Positions 53,342-63,000 are shown, numbered from the stretch's first letter. The stretch is DNA of 64,000 nt from a virus (IMGVR_UViG_3300033177_000258), one strand, 5' to 3'. The notes: a model not told the origin generated them from the letters alone. Made by a program: numbers and translations.

Positions 53342-54800
53342 TCGTGAAGAACAACAAGCACTCATAGCGGCAGCCTTTCTCCTTGAGGGAGCGGCGGAGC
53401 AACTTGCAGAAGCTAAGCTGACCAACCTGGCCTTTGTTGAGCCACTGTATCAGGCGCTGTACCAGTTGGTCTGCCGTCTTCAGCAGCAGGACCGCCAACC
53501 TCTTCTCAGCGAGGTCGCCCACCGCGCGTCGTTCGTCGCCGTCGTGGGCCAGATACTGCAGCAGACCGAGGCGCACTCTCTGAACTTCTGGCGCCAGATT
53601 ATGCACGCTGGCTCCCACGTCCATCGCGCAGAGTTCAGGGCACTGATTTCTCGCTTCAAGCAGTACGAGCGCTATGAGAGCCTGAAGTCCACCCTGCCTG
53701 AAGTCTCGACCCTGGTCACGGGCTTTGAGCAGGGGGATGTGGGTCTCGACAAGCTGGTGGGCCCGCTCGAAAAGCTCGTCATCGAGGCGCGCTCTCTCAA
53801 CACCCTGGTGCAGGGTACACCGGCCGAGCGCTGGCCCATCCTGTCGGCTACCATCGGGGACCTGGACGGAGAGTTCGTGACGACCGGCTTCCCCGACTGG
53901 GACCGCCTCATCACGAAGTCGGGAGCCAAGACCGGCCAGCCGCTCGGGAGCATCCACTTCATGTCTGCCCCGGCAGGTCACGGTAAGTCAACACTGCTCC
54001 GGTCTCTGCTGAAACAGCAGTGCTTTGGATTCAACTATCCCACCTGCTACTTCAACTTCGAGATTTCGGAGCGAGAGTTCGTAGAAGACATGTTCGCCGC
54101 TGTCATGAACATCAGCCCCTACCAGAAATGGGACTGGATAAAGCGGTTCGAGGCGGACGGCATAGACCGCAACACCTCCTTGGCCAAGTGGGACGAGACC
54201 CGCAAGATGTTCGCCGAGTACATGGTCCAACTGGCGACCCGGAACATCTTCGATGTCATCCACCACATGGCGTTCGAGCTGGAGGAAGTGCAGACCATCA
54301 TTGAGACGCGCTACCGCCAGGGCTACCGCATCTTCATGATAGACACCATCAACCGCATCAAGCACCGCAACGCGCGCGGGCAGCGGCACGACGAGCTGGA
54401 GACCATCATCTACGCGCTGGAACAGCAGGCGCTCCGCCTGAACTGCATCATCAACTGTGCAGCCCAGGAGAACCGGGACAAGTGGAAGCGGGTAGATAAG
54501 ACCCCCACTGTCGCCGACTTGGCCGGCGCCTCCGCCATTGAGAAGGCGGCCTACAGCGTGACGCAGTTGTACCGTACCGACTACTACACGGGTGGTCAGG
54601 TGGACTACTCCGAGGGCATCATCACCAAGGCGCGTGGGCGCGGGGTCAGCAAGGACAGCCGGTTCCGGCTTCTCTTCTCTCGCCAGAACCATTGCTACAT
54701 CCCGTACCCGGAAAGCCAGGGCGACAAGGTGGTTGTCGCTGGTGGAGCAACCGCTTCACTGCCGCCCATGGGTGGGGCCGTCATTTCGTCGGGAGGGTAA
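53313..54800 (+). CDS. dnaB: DnaB-like (SF4) replicative helicase
   Basis: TTGFPDWDRL, Walker A APAGHGKST, FNFEIS, FMIDTIN, AAQENR, DLAGASAIEKAA, KARG. Confidence 0.85.
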   Translation: MAQSAFTPPSREEQQALIAAAFLLEGAAEQLAEAKLTNLAFVEPLYQALYQLVCRLQQQDRQPLLSEVAHRASFVAVVGQILQQTEAHSLNFWRQIMHAGSHVHRAEFRALISRFKQYERYESLKSTLPEVSTLVTGFEQGDVGLDKLVGPLEKLVIEARSLNTLVQGTPAERWPILSATIGDLDGEFVTTGFPDWDRLITKSGAKTGQPLGSIHFMSAPAGHGKSTLLRSLLKQQCFGFNYPTCYFNFEISEREFVEDMFAAVMNISPYQKWDWIKRFEADGIDRNTSLAKWDETRKMFAEYMVQLATRNIFDVIHHMAFELEEVQTIIETRYRQGYRIFMIDTINRIKHRNARGQRHDELETIIYALEQQALRLNCIINCAAQENRDKWKRVDKTPTVADLAGASAIEKAAYSVTQLYRTDYYTGGQVDYSEGIITKARGRGVSKDSRFRLLFSRQNHCYIPYPESQGDKVVVAGGATASLPPMGGAVISSGG

Positions 54801-54806
54801 AGCCTC

Positions 54807-56078
54807 ATGAACGAGCAGGCCGTGCGACAGACGTACAGCATACTGGGCCACAAGATTGGCACCCACATCCGCATGCTGGACCCCAAAGGCGAGCGCCGCC
54901 CCCAGATGCTGGATGTCCAGGGAGAGGAAGAGTTCGTGCGCGCTTGCGCGGAGGCCGGCGAAGACTGGCACATCTACGTGGGCTGCAACGAGCGCGTCTC
55001 GGCTGGCGCCAACGGGGTCATGTCCATCGGCAGCGTCCTGATTGACATTGACCCGCAACTGGCCGGCAACGAGGGCACCAAGTGGGCCATCGCGGCCGCC
55101 GAGACCATCGCGCGGTACTCCATCGCCGAGAATATCCATGAGTACCCATTGGTGGCCTGCAGCGGCAACGGCGCCTACGTGTGGTTCTGCACGCCCCGCA
55201 TCCCGCCCGGAGACACGGCGGAGCGCCAGTCGCTCCGGTTGGCTCTGCGCAAGCTCGGGCTCTATCTGGCCGAGAAGGTCGCCGACTTCCCGGTCAAGGT
55301 AGACGTGCAGGTGACGGCCGACATCGCCCGCATCATCCGGGTCATTGGGACCCGCAACATCAAGGGCCGCTACGCCGACAGCGAGGCCGGCCTCGATGCT
55401 CGCTGGGCCAAAATGAGCTTCTGGCTCTTCCCGCCCAAGCGGCACGAGAGCCCGAACTTCTGGCCCTTCGTGGAGGCGCTCCGCGAGCGCTACAAGCACA
55501 AGGACGTAGACGCTACCCACATTCTTCCTGTGCCGGCACCAGGCGCTCTTGACTTCTTTTTCAAGAACTGCCCGCGCATGGCCAGCTTGGCCGGTCGCAG
55601 CAACACCATGGGAGACCTCAACGAACTGGAGGACTACCAGCTCTGGCTGAGCTTCGGAGCCAACCTGGTCAAAGCCTGCGGTCAGATTGGCGCCGCAGAG
55701 TGGAAACGGGTCTCCGAGCAGGCCCCGAAGTTCGACCCTTGGAACTTCGATGAAAGCAACTCTCGGAACAAAGTGCAGGAGGTGATTCACTGGAACGGCC
55801 CGCCCACGTGCGCCAACATGGGGTGCAACATCGCGGGCAACCCCAACTGCCCCAAAGCCCCCGCTGGCTGGGCGTTCAGATACGCTGGGGCGCTCGTGAC
55901 AGCCGCACGCTTCGACGGCATCCCGCCGCACATGATGGAAGCTCGCCTGATGCAGCTTCTGCTGGACTCAGACTTCCACATGGAACAGGCGCTTGATGCA
56001 CAGACGACAGCCGACCAGAGACTGCACATTGAGACGGTCGGACAGATTCGGGAACTGCTATACGGCCGGCTTCGCTGA
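54807..56078 (+). CDS. Archaeo-eukaryotic primase (AEP)-like protein with Cys-rich PriL-like C-terminus
   Basis: LIDID, SGNGAYVW, DIARIIRVIGTRN.K; C-terminal CPRM...PPTC...C...CP. Confidence 0.75.
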   Translation: MNEQAVRQTYSILGHKIGTHIRMLDPKGERRPQMLDVQGEEEFVRACAEAGEDWHIYVGCNERVSAGANGVMSIGSVLIDIDPQLAGNEGTKWAIAAAETIARYSIAENIHEYPLVACSGNGAYVWFCTPRIPPGDTAERQSLRLALRKLGLYLAEKVADFPVKVDVQVTADIARIIRVIGTRNIKGRYADSEAGLDARWAKMSFWLFPPKRHESPNFWPFVEALRERYKHKDVDATHILPVPAPGALDFFFKNCPRMASLAGRSNTMGDLNELEDYQLWLSFGANLVKACGQIGAAEWKRVSEQAPKFDPWNFDESNSRNKVQEVIHWNGPPTCANMGCNIAGNPNCPKAPAGWAFRYAGALVTAARFDGIPPHMMEARLMQLLLDSDFHMEQALDAQTTADQRLHIETVGQIRELLYGRLR

Positions 56079-56119
56079 GCGAAGCGCGGTCAGATAGAAC
56101 CAACACACGGAGGTAGGAC

Positions 56120-57049
56120 ATGTACGCACAGCAGCAGCCGCAGATTTACGCCAACCAGGTGTACCTCATGGGGGTCATCCGCCGCGTCAACGTGTCGGAG
56201 AAGTTCGGGAGTATGACCCTCAACACCCTGCGCTACGGGCAGAAGAATGGCCAGCCCATCACCCTGCCGCGCAACTTCCTCATCAACTCGTTCGCCGACA
56301 CGGCGGCCCTGCCCGCCTTGCAGCAAGGACAGCCGCAGATTGGCATGGTCGTTGAGGTCTGGGGAGAGCTCGACTTCGGCAAGGTGGGAGGCCAGGACAG
56401 CGAGACCGTCACCCTAGTGCGCGCCACCAACATCGTCGTCCACCCCGAGTTCGGTCTGCAGAACGTGATGGAGTATTCCAATGGCTCCGTCGTGGCCGTC
56501 AGTCCGCAGGACATCGCCTACCAGCAGCAGATGAAGCAGGCCCAGGCGCAGCAGCATGCACCGCAGCCCGGCTATGCCCCGCAGCCCGGCTATGCCCCGC
56601 AGCCGGCCCCGGCTCCGCAGTACGCGCCGCAGCCGGCCCCGGCTCCGCAGTACGCGCCGCAGCCGGTCCCGGCTCCGCAGTACGCCCCGCATCCGGTCCC
56701 GGCTCCGCAGTACGCCCCGCAGCCGGCCCCGGCTCCGCAGTACGCGCCGCAGCCCGCCCCGGCCCCGGCCCAAGCTCCCGCGCCGCAGCCCGCCCCGGCC
56801 CCGGCCCAAGCTCCCGCGCCGCAGCCCGCCCCGGCCCCGGCCCAAGCTCCCGCGCCGCAGCCCGCCCCGGCCCCCGTGGCTCCCGGCCAAGTGGTGCCGC
56901 CCCCGGTAGCGCCGCAGCCGCAGAGCCCGATGCCCGAGAAGGCGCAGGTCGCGCCGCCGCAGGCCACTGGCCCAATCGTTCCTCCCGCCAATGCGGGAGT
57001 GCCCACCGTACCCTATCCGCCTGAGTTGGACCAGGCTACCCAGGGATAG
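56120..57049 (+). CDS. SSB-like OB-fold protein with long Pro/Ala/Gln tail
   Basis: NQVYLMGVI and GMVVEVWGEL are SSB-like strands; strong RBS GGAGGT; replication context. Confidence 0.65.
   Translation: MYAQQQPQIYANQVYLMGVIRRVNVSEKFGSMTLNTLRYGQKNGQPITLPRNFLINSFADTAALPALQQGQPQIGMVVEVWGELDFGKVGGQDSETVTLVRATNIVVHPEFGLQNVMEYSNGSVVAVSPQDIAYQQQMKQAQAQQHAPQPGYAPQPGYAPQPAPAPQYAPQPAPAPQYAPQPVPAPQYAPHPVPAPQYAPQPAPAPQYAPQPAPAPAQAPAPQPAPAPAQAPAPQPAPAPAQAPAPQPAPAPVAPGQVVPPPVAPQPQSPMPEKAQVAPPQATGPIVPPANAGVPTVPYPPELDQATQG
56561..56875 (+). repeat. Coding tandem repeats (18-, 30- and 36-bp units)
   Basis: PQPGYA x2, PQPAPAPQYA-like x5, PQPAPAPAQAPA x3. Confidence 0.95.
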
Positions 57050-57085
57050 GGTCGGCCGTCAAGCAGGAGGCTTCGAAGATGTCTA

Positions 57086-57697
57086 ATGCCCAAAAGGATG
57101 GATGAAGCGGTCGCCGTTCTTCTGCGGACCATCAAGAGTGTGAACTCCAAGCCCGTAGAAGAGCAGACCGAGGAAGAGAAGAAGCAAGCCGCCGACGCGT
57201 TCGGTCGCCTCGTGAAAACGGGTGAGAAGTTCATACGGTTCTGGACGCGCAAGATGATATTGTGCGGCAAAGACGAAGGGGAAGCCAAGAGCTGGGTCAT
57301 CATGTGGCTGCACGAAATAGCCATGACCCACAACATGGACAATCCCTTCTTTTGGGCAAGCGCCGCTTTCTGCATCAACCGGAAACGGCAGCACTATGTG
57401 GATGCTGTCAGGAAACAGAACGACCGGGAGTTCGTGATGGACGTGGCCAAGGACGAAGCCTGTCAGGCTGTCCCCTGCGACCAGAGCGCCTCCCGGCAAA
57501 CGAATATCCTGGCGTCCCAAGTGAACAACGCTGTAGACCGGGTGCTGGATGCTGAAGAGCGAGAGCTCCTGTACTGGGTGGTGGACGGCGGGACGTACAA
57601 AGACTTCGCATCCATGAAGGGCATCTCTGCCCGCGAAGTCTCACAGCGCATGGGAGCCATTCGCAACAAAGTCAAAGCACAGGTCGGAGAACTCTAA
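57086..57697 (+). CDS. Sigma-factor-like protein (region-4 HTH)
   Basis: LDAEERELLYW...TYKDFASMKGISAREVSQRMGAIRNKVK; size of an ECF-like sigma. Confidence 0.65.
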   Translation: MPKRMDEAVAVLLRTIKSVNSKPVEEQTEEEKKQAADAFGRLVKTGEKFIRFWTRKMILCGKDEGEAKSWVIMWLHEIAMTHNMDNPFFWASAAFCINRKRQHYVDAVRKQNDREFVMDVAKDEACQAVPCDQSASRQTNILASQVNNAVDRVLDAEERELLYWVVDGGTYKDFASMKGISAREVSQRMGAIRNKVKAQVGEL

Positions 57698-57698
57698 C

Positions 57699-58877
57699 AT
57701 GGCAACTGCTGATTACGAGAAGTTCGACGGCGCCCTATCACCAACCGGGGTACAGACATACATCCAGTGCCCCCTGAAGTGGTACCGGCGCTACAGGGAA
57801 GGCAAGAGGGAGTCGGCGACGGCCGCCATGATGATTGGAACCGTCTGCCATGGCGCCATGGAGCGCTTCACCAAGGCCAAGGGACAGGAGACCATCGAGA
57901 ACTGCCTCAACCAGTCCATGGCCGCCAACGACATCATCGAGTTCGGCGACTTCGCGGCCTGCCAGAAGATGGTCAAGATTGGTGCGGAGACGGTGGACCA
58001 CAACCGACTGCTCGCGACCGAGCAGTCCTTTGCGTTCCCCTTCGGGGATGTGAACATCACGGGCTTCATTGACCGGGTGGACCGCATCTCGGACGACACC
58101 ATCGAGGTCATTGACTACAAGACGGGTCTCAACCCGAAGTCGTCTTGGGAAATGGAAAGCGACCTGCAGTTGGCCATGTACTACGTGGCCGCGCGCGGGC
58201 TCTGGCCCCAATTCCCCAACGTCATCACCAGTCTGCTCTACCTGCGCACCGGCAAGAAGGTGACGCAGGGCGGGGAAGACGAGTTGGTACCCCGGCTCTA
58301 CGAGTACCTGCGGGGTGTCGTGGACCGCATCGAGGCTGGCCAGTTCGCCCCGCGCATCAACCGCTACTGTGTGTACTGCCACGTGAAGCACGAGTGCGAG
58401 GAGTACATGAAGCTGGACGAGCGGCTGCGCGCCCTGCTGGAGCAGCCCACCACCGACCCGGCAGCGGCCTTCGCTCGCTACGAGCGCTTTGCCGAAATCA
58501 GCTCCACCTCCGAGAAGGAGAAGAAGGGGCTCCAGGAGCAGCTCATTGCTCAGATGGAGGCGGCCGGCGTTGGCGAACAGACGGTTGGCGAGCGGGTATA
58601 CTCCACGACCCAGCGGGTGACGCGAGACACCGACACGCGCATCGCGTTCAACATCCTGCAGAACTACGGCGTGCCCATGGAGGAAATCCTGGCGGCCATG
58701 TCGTTCGGGGCTTCGGCTCTCGATGAACTGCTGGAGCGTCACGCGGCGCACCTGCCAGGACTGGAGGACACCATCAAGACGGCCCAACGGATGAAAGCCA
58801 CTTCGTCGTGGCTCACATCGAAAGCGCTTACCCCCAAGCTGCGCAAGGGCAGCGGCGGCGGCCGGCGCAAGTCGTAA
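57699..58877 (+). CDS. PD-(D/E)XK RecB/Cas4-like nuclease
   Basis: LSPT...CPLKW, GTVCH, GFIDRVD, VIDYKTG, QLAMY, CVYC....C. Confidence 0.9.
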   Translation: MATADYEKFDGALSPTGVQTYIQCPLKWYRRYREGKRESATAAMMIGTVCHGAMERFTKAKGQETIENCLNQSMAANDIIEFGDFAACQKMVKIGAETVDHNRLLATEQSFAFPFGDVNITGFIDRVDRISDDTIEVIDYKTGLNPKSSWEMESDLQLAMYYVAARGLWPQFPNVITSLLYLRTGKKVTQGGEDELVPRLYEYLRGVVDRIEAGQFAPRINRYCVYCHVKHECEEYMKLDERLRALLEQPTTDPAAAFARYERFAEISSTSEKEKKGLQEQLIAQMEAAGVGEQTVGERVYSTTQRVTRDTDTRIAFNILQNYGVPMEEILAAMSFGASALDELLERHAAHLPGLEDTIKTAQRMKATSSWLTSKALTPKLRKGSGGGRRKS

Positions 58878-58910
58878 CCATCACTCCTCAAGGAACGGAG
58901 AACAAGGACC

Positions 58911-59132
58911 ATGTGGGAAAAGATTAGGCAGGCTATCCGGCAATTCAGCGTTGAGCGTCTCGGGCTGGTCGTTGAGAAGACCAACCTGGAGCAGAAGAAG
59001 GACAAGGACGGCATTGACGTGGTGAAGGTCACCATCGTGCTGACCGGCACCAAGGAGCAGCTCGAACTGGCGGCGGCCGCCATCCCCGACAGCATCTTCA
59101 GCTACGGCGAAGACGAGGAAGACGGCGGGTAG
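58911..59132 (+). CDS. Small hypothetical protein
   Basis: RBS AAGGA; genome-typical codon usage. Confidence 0.55.
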   Translation: MWEKIRQAIRQFSVERLGLVVEKTNLEQKKDKDGIDVVKVTIVLTGTKEQLELAAAAIPDSIFSYGEDEEDGG

Positions 59133-59156
59133 CAAACCCGCCTCGCGGTGAACATA

Positions 59157-59837
59157 ATGGGCGTAGGCATTGGTAGCGCGAACTCTGAAGAGTTCGACAG
59201 ATTTCTGGAGAGACTGTCCAATAGCAGCGCGACCGACCGGGTAGATGCGCTGGTGACCTTGGCTGTCAGCAACCCGGAGAGTGCCTACGCCCTTTTGATT
59301 CATGCCCTGGCTACACCCCAGGAGTTCGTGAGCTTCATCGAGCGGGTGAGCCAGCAGCGCGGCATAGGCTCTGGTTTGAAGCGCGCCCTCACGGCTGTTC
59401 TTTCTTCAGCTCCTCCGAACTGGTTTGTTGGCCTGCCGGCCATCGAGTCTTTGGACGGCCGGGAGTGGAGCTGGCGCAAGGTTGTCCAGATACTACATCC
59501 GAAGGGTAGCAACTTCGAGCAGGAGTTGCGGTTCGCCTACATGGCGGGAGCAATACCTGAAGCGGGGCGTATCGAAGCAGAGCGGCTTATCGAGGTGATT
59601 GGCATTGGCAGACCTCATTCAGGTCCAGGTCAAAGGAACACACTGGCGACTGGGATTCGTGGCGTCAGCACCTGGTTTCAACCAGTACAAGCAGGAGGAC
59701 CTGGAGACATTGTGCGAGCAGGCGGGGGCGACGCTGATGGCGATGCTGCTGATGCCTCAGCATGCTCAGGAGAGCTTCCAGATGCTGAGGGACATGCAGT
59801 TCCGCCTGGCGGAGAAAGCCCAGAACCAGTTGGATAG
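59157..59837 (+). CDS. Truncated TROVE-domain-like protein (mini-Ro)
   Basis: RGIGSGLKRAL...WSWRKVVQILHPKGSNFEQELRFAYM resembles TROVE helices (compare RDAIRISRPKPTSPEQEALFDWL in rsr). No vWA domain; the last ~80 codons overlap the next ORF. Confidence 0.55.
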   Translation: MGVGIGSANSEEFDRFLERLSNSSATDRVDALVTLAVSNPESAYALLIHALATPQEFVSFIERVSQQRGIGSGLKRALTAVLSSAPPNWFVGLPAIESLDGREWSWRKVVQILHPKGSNFEQELRFAYMAGAIPEAGRIEAERLIEVIGIGRPHSGPGQRNTLATGIRGVSTWFQPVQAGGPGDIVRAGGGDADGDAADASACSGELPDAEGHAVPPGGESPEPVG

Positions 59838-59850
59838 AGGACAGACCTAA
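59599..59850 (+). CDS. Small hypothetical protein
   Basis: GAGGTGA RBS with TTG start (59599 or 59605); its stop overlaps the next ATG (TAATG). Confidence 0.5.
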   Translation: MALADLIQVQVKGTHWRLGFVASAPGFNQYKQEDLETLCEQAGATLMAMLLMPQHAQESFQMLRDMQFRLAEKAQNQLDRGQT

Positions 59851-60335
59851 TGCCGCGCGGCAGGATGAAGCAGAAGACCAAGGACGAACTCAGAGAAGAG
59901 CTGCGGCTGGCGAAGGAGCGAGAGGCCGCGCTTCGTGACGAGTTGGCCGCCCTGCGCGAGGGCGTCTTGGGCGCCGCGTCGGATGCTCCCATCGTTGTTG
60001 TCGTGGGGCTGAGCGAGACCTTCGAGCCATTCATGGAAGCTGTCCGCCCCGTGCCGGTTCCCGCGTTCGCTATGGATGCTATGGCGGCGCATCTATCCCG
60101 CATGTCTGCCGCGTCATCGCACCGCGAGGTGGATGATGTCGGCCCCAGGGTCACCCAGACTGAAACCCACATCCGCGAGCTCTACAAGCGTATTGGCGAA
60201 TTGTCCGAAGTCCAGCAGAAGACGATGGAGTCGCTGGGGGGTTTGTCGGCCCTGATTAGGAGCATCGTGGATGGCAGGGAGCTGGGCATCTTCGGTGGAG
60301 AGGAGCAGCAAACGTCAACTACTGTTGGGCCCTAA
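59850..60335 (+). CDS. Coiled-coil hypothetical protein; last codons come from an inserted element end
   Basis: Heptad-rich N-terminus; the stop lies inside the 60314-60626 element. Confidence 0.55.
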   Translation: MPRGRMKQKTKDELREELRLAKEREAALRDELAALREGVLGAASDAPIVVVVGLSETFEPFMEAVRPVPVPAFAMDAMAAHLSRMSAASSHREVDDVGPRVTQTETHIRELYKRIGELSEVQQKTMESLGGLSALIRSIVDGRELGIFGGEEQQTSTTVGP

Positions 60336-60626
60336 AAACCCGCAGCTCGCAGCTAGCGAAACAACCGCCGCCGCGTATGGCTGATTGACTGCAGCCCTGC
60401 GGCCAATTTCGACCGCAGCGAAGTGGTCGGCTGGCCCAGCGAGACCGCACGACACACAGAGAAACTGGTCGCGAGTAGGACGGCTCTCCTTCGCGACATG
60501 GCCGCACCCAGGACAAGTACGGCTGGTGTTCCTGGGGTCTTCCTTGACAAACGGCACACCAGACAGGGCGGCCTTGTATTCCACTGATAACGGAGCATTG
60601 ACAGTAAATGAGCGAAAAAGGTTATG
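60314..60626 (-). mobile_element. tnpB: Internally deleted copy of the 31600-32771 tnpB element (ends and omega-RNA retained)
   Basis: Left end CATAACCTTTTTCG..GTCAATGC is joined to about 210 nt that are roughly 90% identical to the tnpB 3' end (EYKAAL.GVPFVK.DP.NTSRTCPGC...), then right end CAGTAGTTGAC. Confidence 0.9.
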
Positions 60627-60676
60627 CTTCTTGCCCCACTGCGTCTGAAGTCTCGCGGCATCATGAGGGTAAGATT

Positions 60677-61801
60677 GTGCGTACTGACATCTTAATCCCC
60701 TGCGCCGCATACCACCGCGAGCGCTTCCTCAAGGCTGTGCCCCTGTGGAACGAAGTCGCTCAGAGCAAGCTGGTGGGGCGCATCCTCGTCGTCTGCCAGG
60801 GCTGGTACCCCGTGGAAGACCAGCTCGGCAAAGTGGACGCCCTCATTGACGTTCCATCTGACAAGTGGCAGCCCAGCGTTGCCCGCAACGCCGGCCTCTC
60901 TGCACTCGAATCCGAGCTGGTGCTGTATTGTGACGCGGATGTGGTCATGCTCCCCGACACCGTGCGGGCGCACGTCTACGCACACAAGGGGTCCGAGGAG
61001 CCCAGGCTGACGGCCAACCTGCACAAAGACATCGCCACTGATGCCCCCCTGCCTTTTACTGTCGAGGAATTGGAAGCGTTGAACGTTCCCGACATGTGGC
61101 GCTCGATGCGCGTTGACTGGCGCGTGGCCATACTCGAAGAGTGCCGCTGGCTGGAGTACCCGCCTTCAGTGCCTCTCTGGTCGCTTGGCGGGGGCAGTGG
61201 TATCTGCCTTCCCCGCGAGTGGGCCCAGGCGGTCGGTGGCTGGAACGAAGACTTCCAGGGGTGGGGCTACGAAGACGCCGAGTTCTGGTACCGCTGCCAG
61301 AAGAGCGGCCTCAAGTTCGAGTTCATCAAGCAGTACGCCTACCACCAGCAGCACGAGGTGGACATCCCGCGCCGCATCGCCGACTCGCAGGAAAACTCGC
61401 AGATGTTCACAATCGAGCGCGACAGTTGCAAGGTCACCTACATCGCTGATGCCGTGACGGATGACCTGGCCCAGCTTGTGCTCGACTCCGAGTACAATGC
61501 CGAAGTCATCGGCGCCTTCCCGCTCAACATGGCCAGCCCCATGGGCATCCGCTCCGTCCCGGCCGCTGCCGACCAGCCGGCCGAAGCGTTCCGCGCCTTC
61601 GCGCGCGGTTGGTACCTGTGCGATATGCGGGGCGACCGGCCCGAGCCGTCCAGTTCCGACTGGCACAGTCTCACCCACTGCGGTAGTCACACCGTCCAGC
61701 TAGGCGGGTTGGACTACATCCCCAAGTCTTCAACCGGGTTCGTGCAGCACCGGGTATCTGGAGGAGCTCATAATGTCGAGACAAGTAGCGGTCCTTACTG
61801 A
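60677..61801 (+). CDS. Glycosyltransferase (GT2 / GT7-like C-terminal motif)
   Basis: GTG start after GAGGGT; DILIP, ARNAG, YCDADV, VGGWNEDFQGWGYEDAEF. Confidence 0.9.
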   Translation: MRTDILIPCAAYHRERFLKAVPLWNEVAQSKLVGRILVVCQGWYPVEDQLGKVDALIDVPSDKWQPSVARNAGLSALESELVLYCDADVVMLPDTVRAHVYAHKGSEEPRLTANLHKDIATDAPLPFTVEELEALNVPDMWRSMRVDWRVAILEECRWLEYPPSVPLWSLGGGSGICLPREWAQAVGGWNEDFQGWGYEDAEFWYRCQKSGLKFEFIKQYAYHQQHEVDIPRRIADSQENSQMFTIERDSCKVTYIADAVTDDLAQLVLDSEYNAEVIGAFPLNMASPMGIRSVPAAADQPAEAFRAFARGWYLCDMRGDRPEPSSSDWHSLTHCGSHTVQLGGLDYIPKSSTGFVQHRVSGGAHNVETSSGPY

Positions 61802-61814
61802 CGCTGCCACCTAA
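61773..61814 (+). pseudogene. Abandoned original 5' end of the downstream glycosyltransferase
   Basis: RBS GGAGGAG plus ATG TCG AGA CAA GTA GCG GTC CTT ACT (MSRQVAVLT), homologous to MRQAAVLT at 63031. Confidence 0.75.
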
Positions 61815-62995
61815 GCGGCTTCTTGCTTGCGCGAGCTATGTGCCGGGCGTCCACCGGAACTACCTGCAACCAAGGCCACAGGATACTTGTAGCGGATGAC
61901 GTTGGGCACGTCACAGCCTGGAGCAAGCTCGCCGCGCATACCGATGCAGCGGATGTTGGTAGAGCCTACCACGTCGCGTGGGGCGCCAAAACCGCATTGC
62001 TTGCAGCGGTAGGTCCGCTGGCACTTGTTCCTGGTTCCGCAAACGGGACACGTTTGGGAACTGTACGCCTCGTCTACGGTGATTGCTCCCGCAGTCTTGT
62101 AGTCGAGTTGCGTAATGAGCCTGCGGTTGCAGGCGGTTGAGACTTGTTGGGCAGTCTTTCGAGACATCTTCTGTGCTGCGTCATTGAACGGTTCGCCGAC
62201 GTAGCACTTTGCTCCGGGGAAAGTGTCAACGACCACCCGAGTGGCTTTGTGGGTGATGTCGTTGATGCGGTTCTCCGACTTCTTTAGCAGCTTGTGTTTG
62301 CGGCGCTGGAGCCGGCCGTACTGACGGGAACCCCGGTGGCAATTCGACAGCTTGCTGCGGAGAGTTGCGAGACGTTTGGCGCGCCACTGAACCGTCGCCT
62401 TGGCTTCCCGACCCGAGACGAGTACGGTTTTTTCTCCGTCTGTGGCAGCAAGGAGAGTATTGATGCCGAGGTCAACGCCGATGGTGGAGCCGGTCGGGAT
62501 GGCGGGCTCCTCGCATTGACAAACTAGGATGATTGCACCGTAGGCGAGTCTAGCTTCCATGAGTCGGCCGGGCAGTTCGAATGGGAGACGGACAAATAGG
62601 TAACCAGAATCCCCGTGAGGGAGACGGACACTTCCATTTCTGACCACGGCACCCTGATTGGTGTAGGGGATGTCTCTGAACTCTGGTTTGTGATTGGGGT
62701 AGGATGACCCCAGGCCTCCCCTTCTTTTTGCTGTTGTGGACTTCAGGGCTTCGCAGAACTCGCGGATGATTTCCTGTACTGACTGGCTGTGGAGATTGGG
62801 GTAACGCCCCTTTGCCCACCTTCTCCAGCGCGCCTCAGAAGGCCACTTTAGTTGGCGACGACGGATACGCAGATGGCGCTCCACCAAGTCAGACCATAGG
62901 CGGCCGGAATCGCTTCGGGCAGCCGTAAAGATAGTCCACTCAGAACGAGAGTGCGGGAGCCAGTCGAGTTTTACAGACCTGTAAACTATGGGCAT
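61811..62995 (-). CDS. tnpB: RNA-guided endonuclease TnpB (second subfamily)
   Basis: LHSQSVQ, IGVDLGIN, HKATR, VGEP (RuvC-II region), EAYSSQTCPVC...CKQCG, RDVVGSTNI. Confidence 0.93.
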   Translation of the reverse strand: MPIVYRSVKLDWLPHSRSEWTIFTAARSDSGRLWSDLVERHLRIRRRQLKWPSEARWRRWAKGRYPNLHSQSVQEIIREFCEALKSTTAKRRGGLGSSYPNHKPEFRDIPYTNQGAVVRNGSVRLPHGDSGYLFVRLPFELPGRLMEARLAYGAIILVCQCEEPAIPTGSTIGVDLGINTLLAATDGEKTVLVSGREAKATVQWRAKRLATLRSKLSNCHRGSRQYGRLQRRKHKLLKKSENRINDITHKATRVVVDTFPGAKCYVGEPFNDAAQKMSRKTAQQVSTACNRRLITQLDYKTAGAITVDEAYSSQTCPVCGTRNKCQRTYRCKQCGFGAPRDVVGSTNIRCIGMRGELAPGCDVPNVIRYKYPVALVAGSSGGRPAHSSRKQEAA

Positions 62996-63000
62996 CACTG

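Noticed and set aside
57699-58877. CRISPR-associated Cas4
   Set aside because: No cas1/cas2 or array; a stand-alone PD-(D/E)XK nuclease in a replication module is common in phages.
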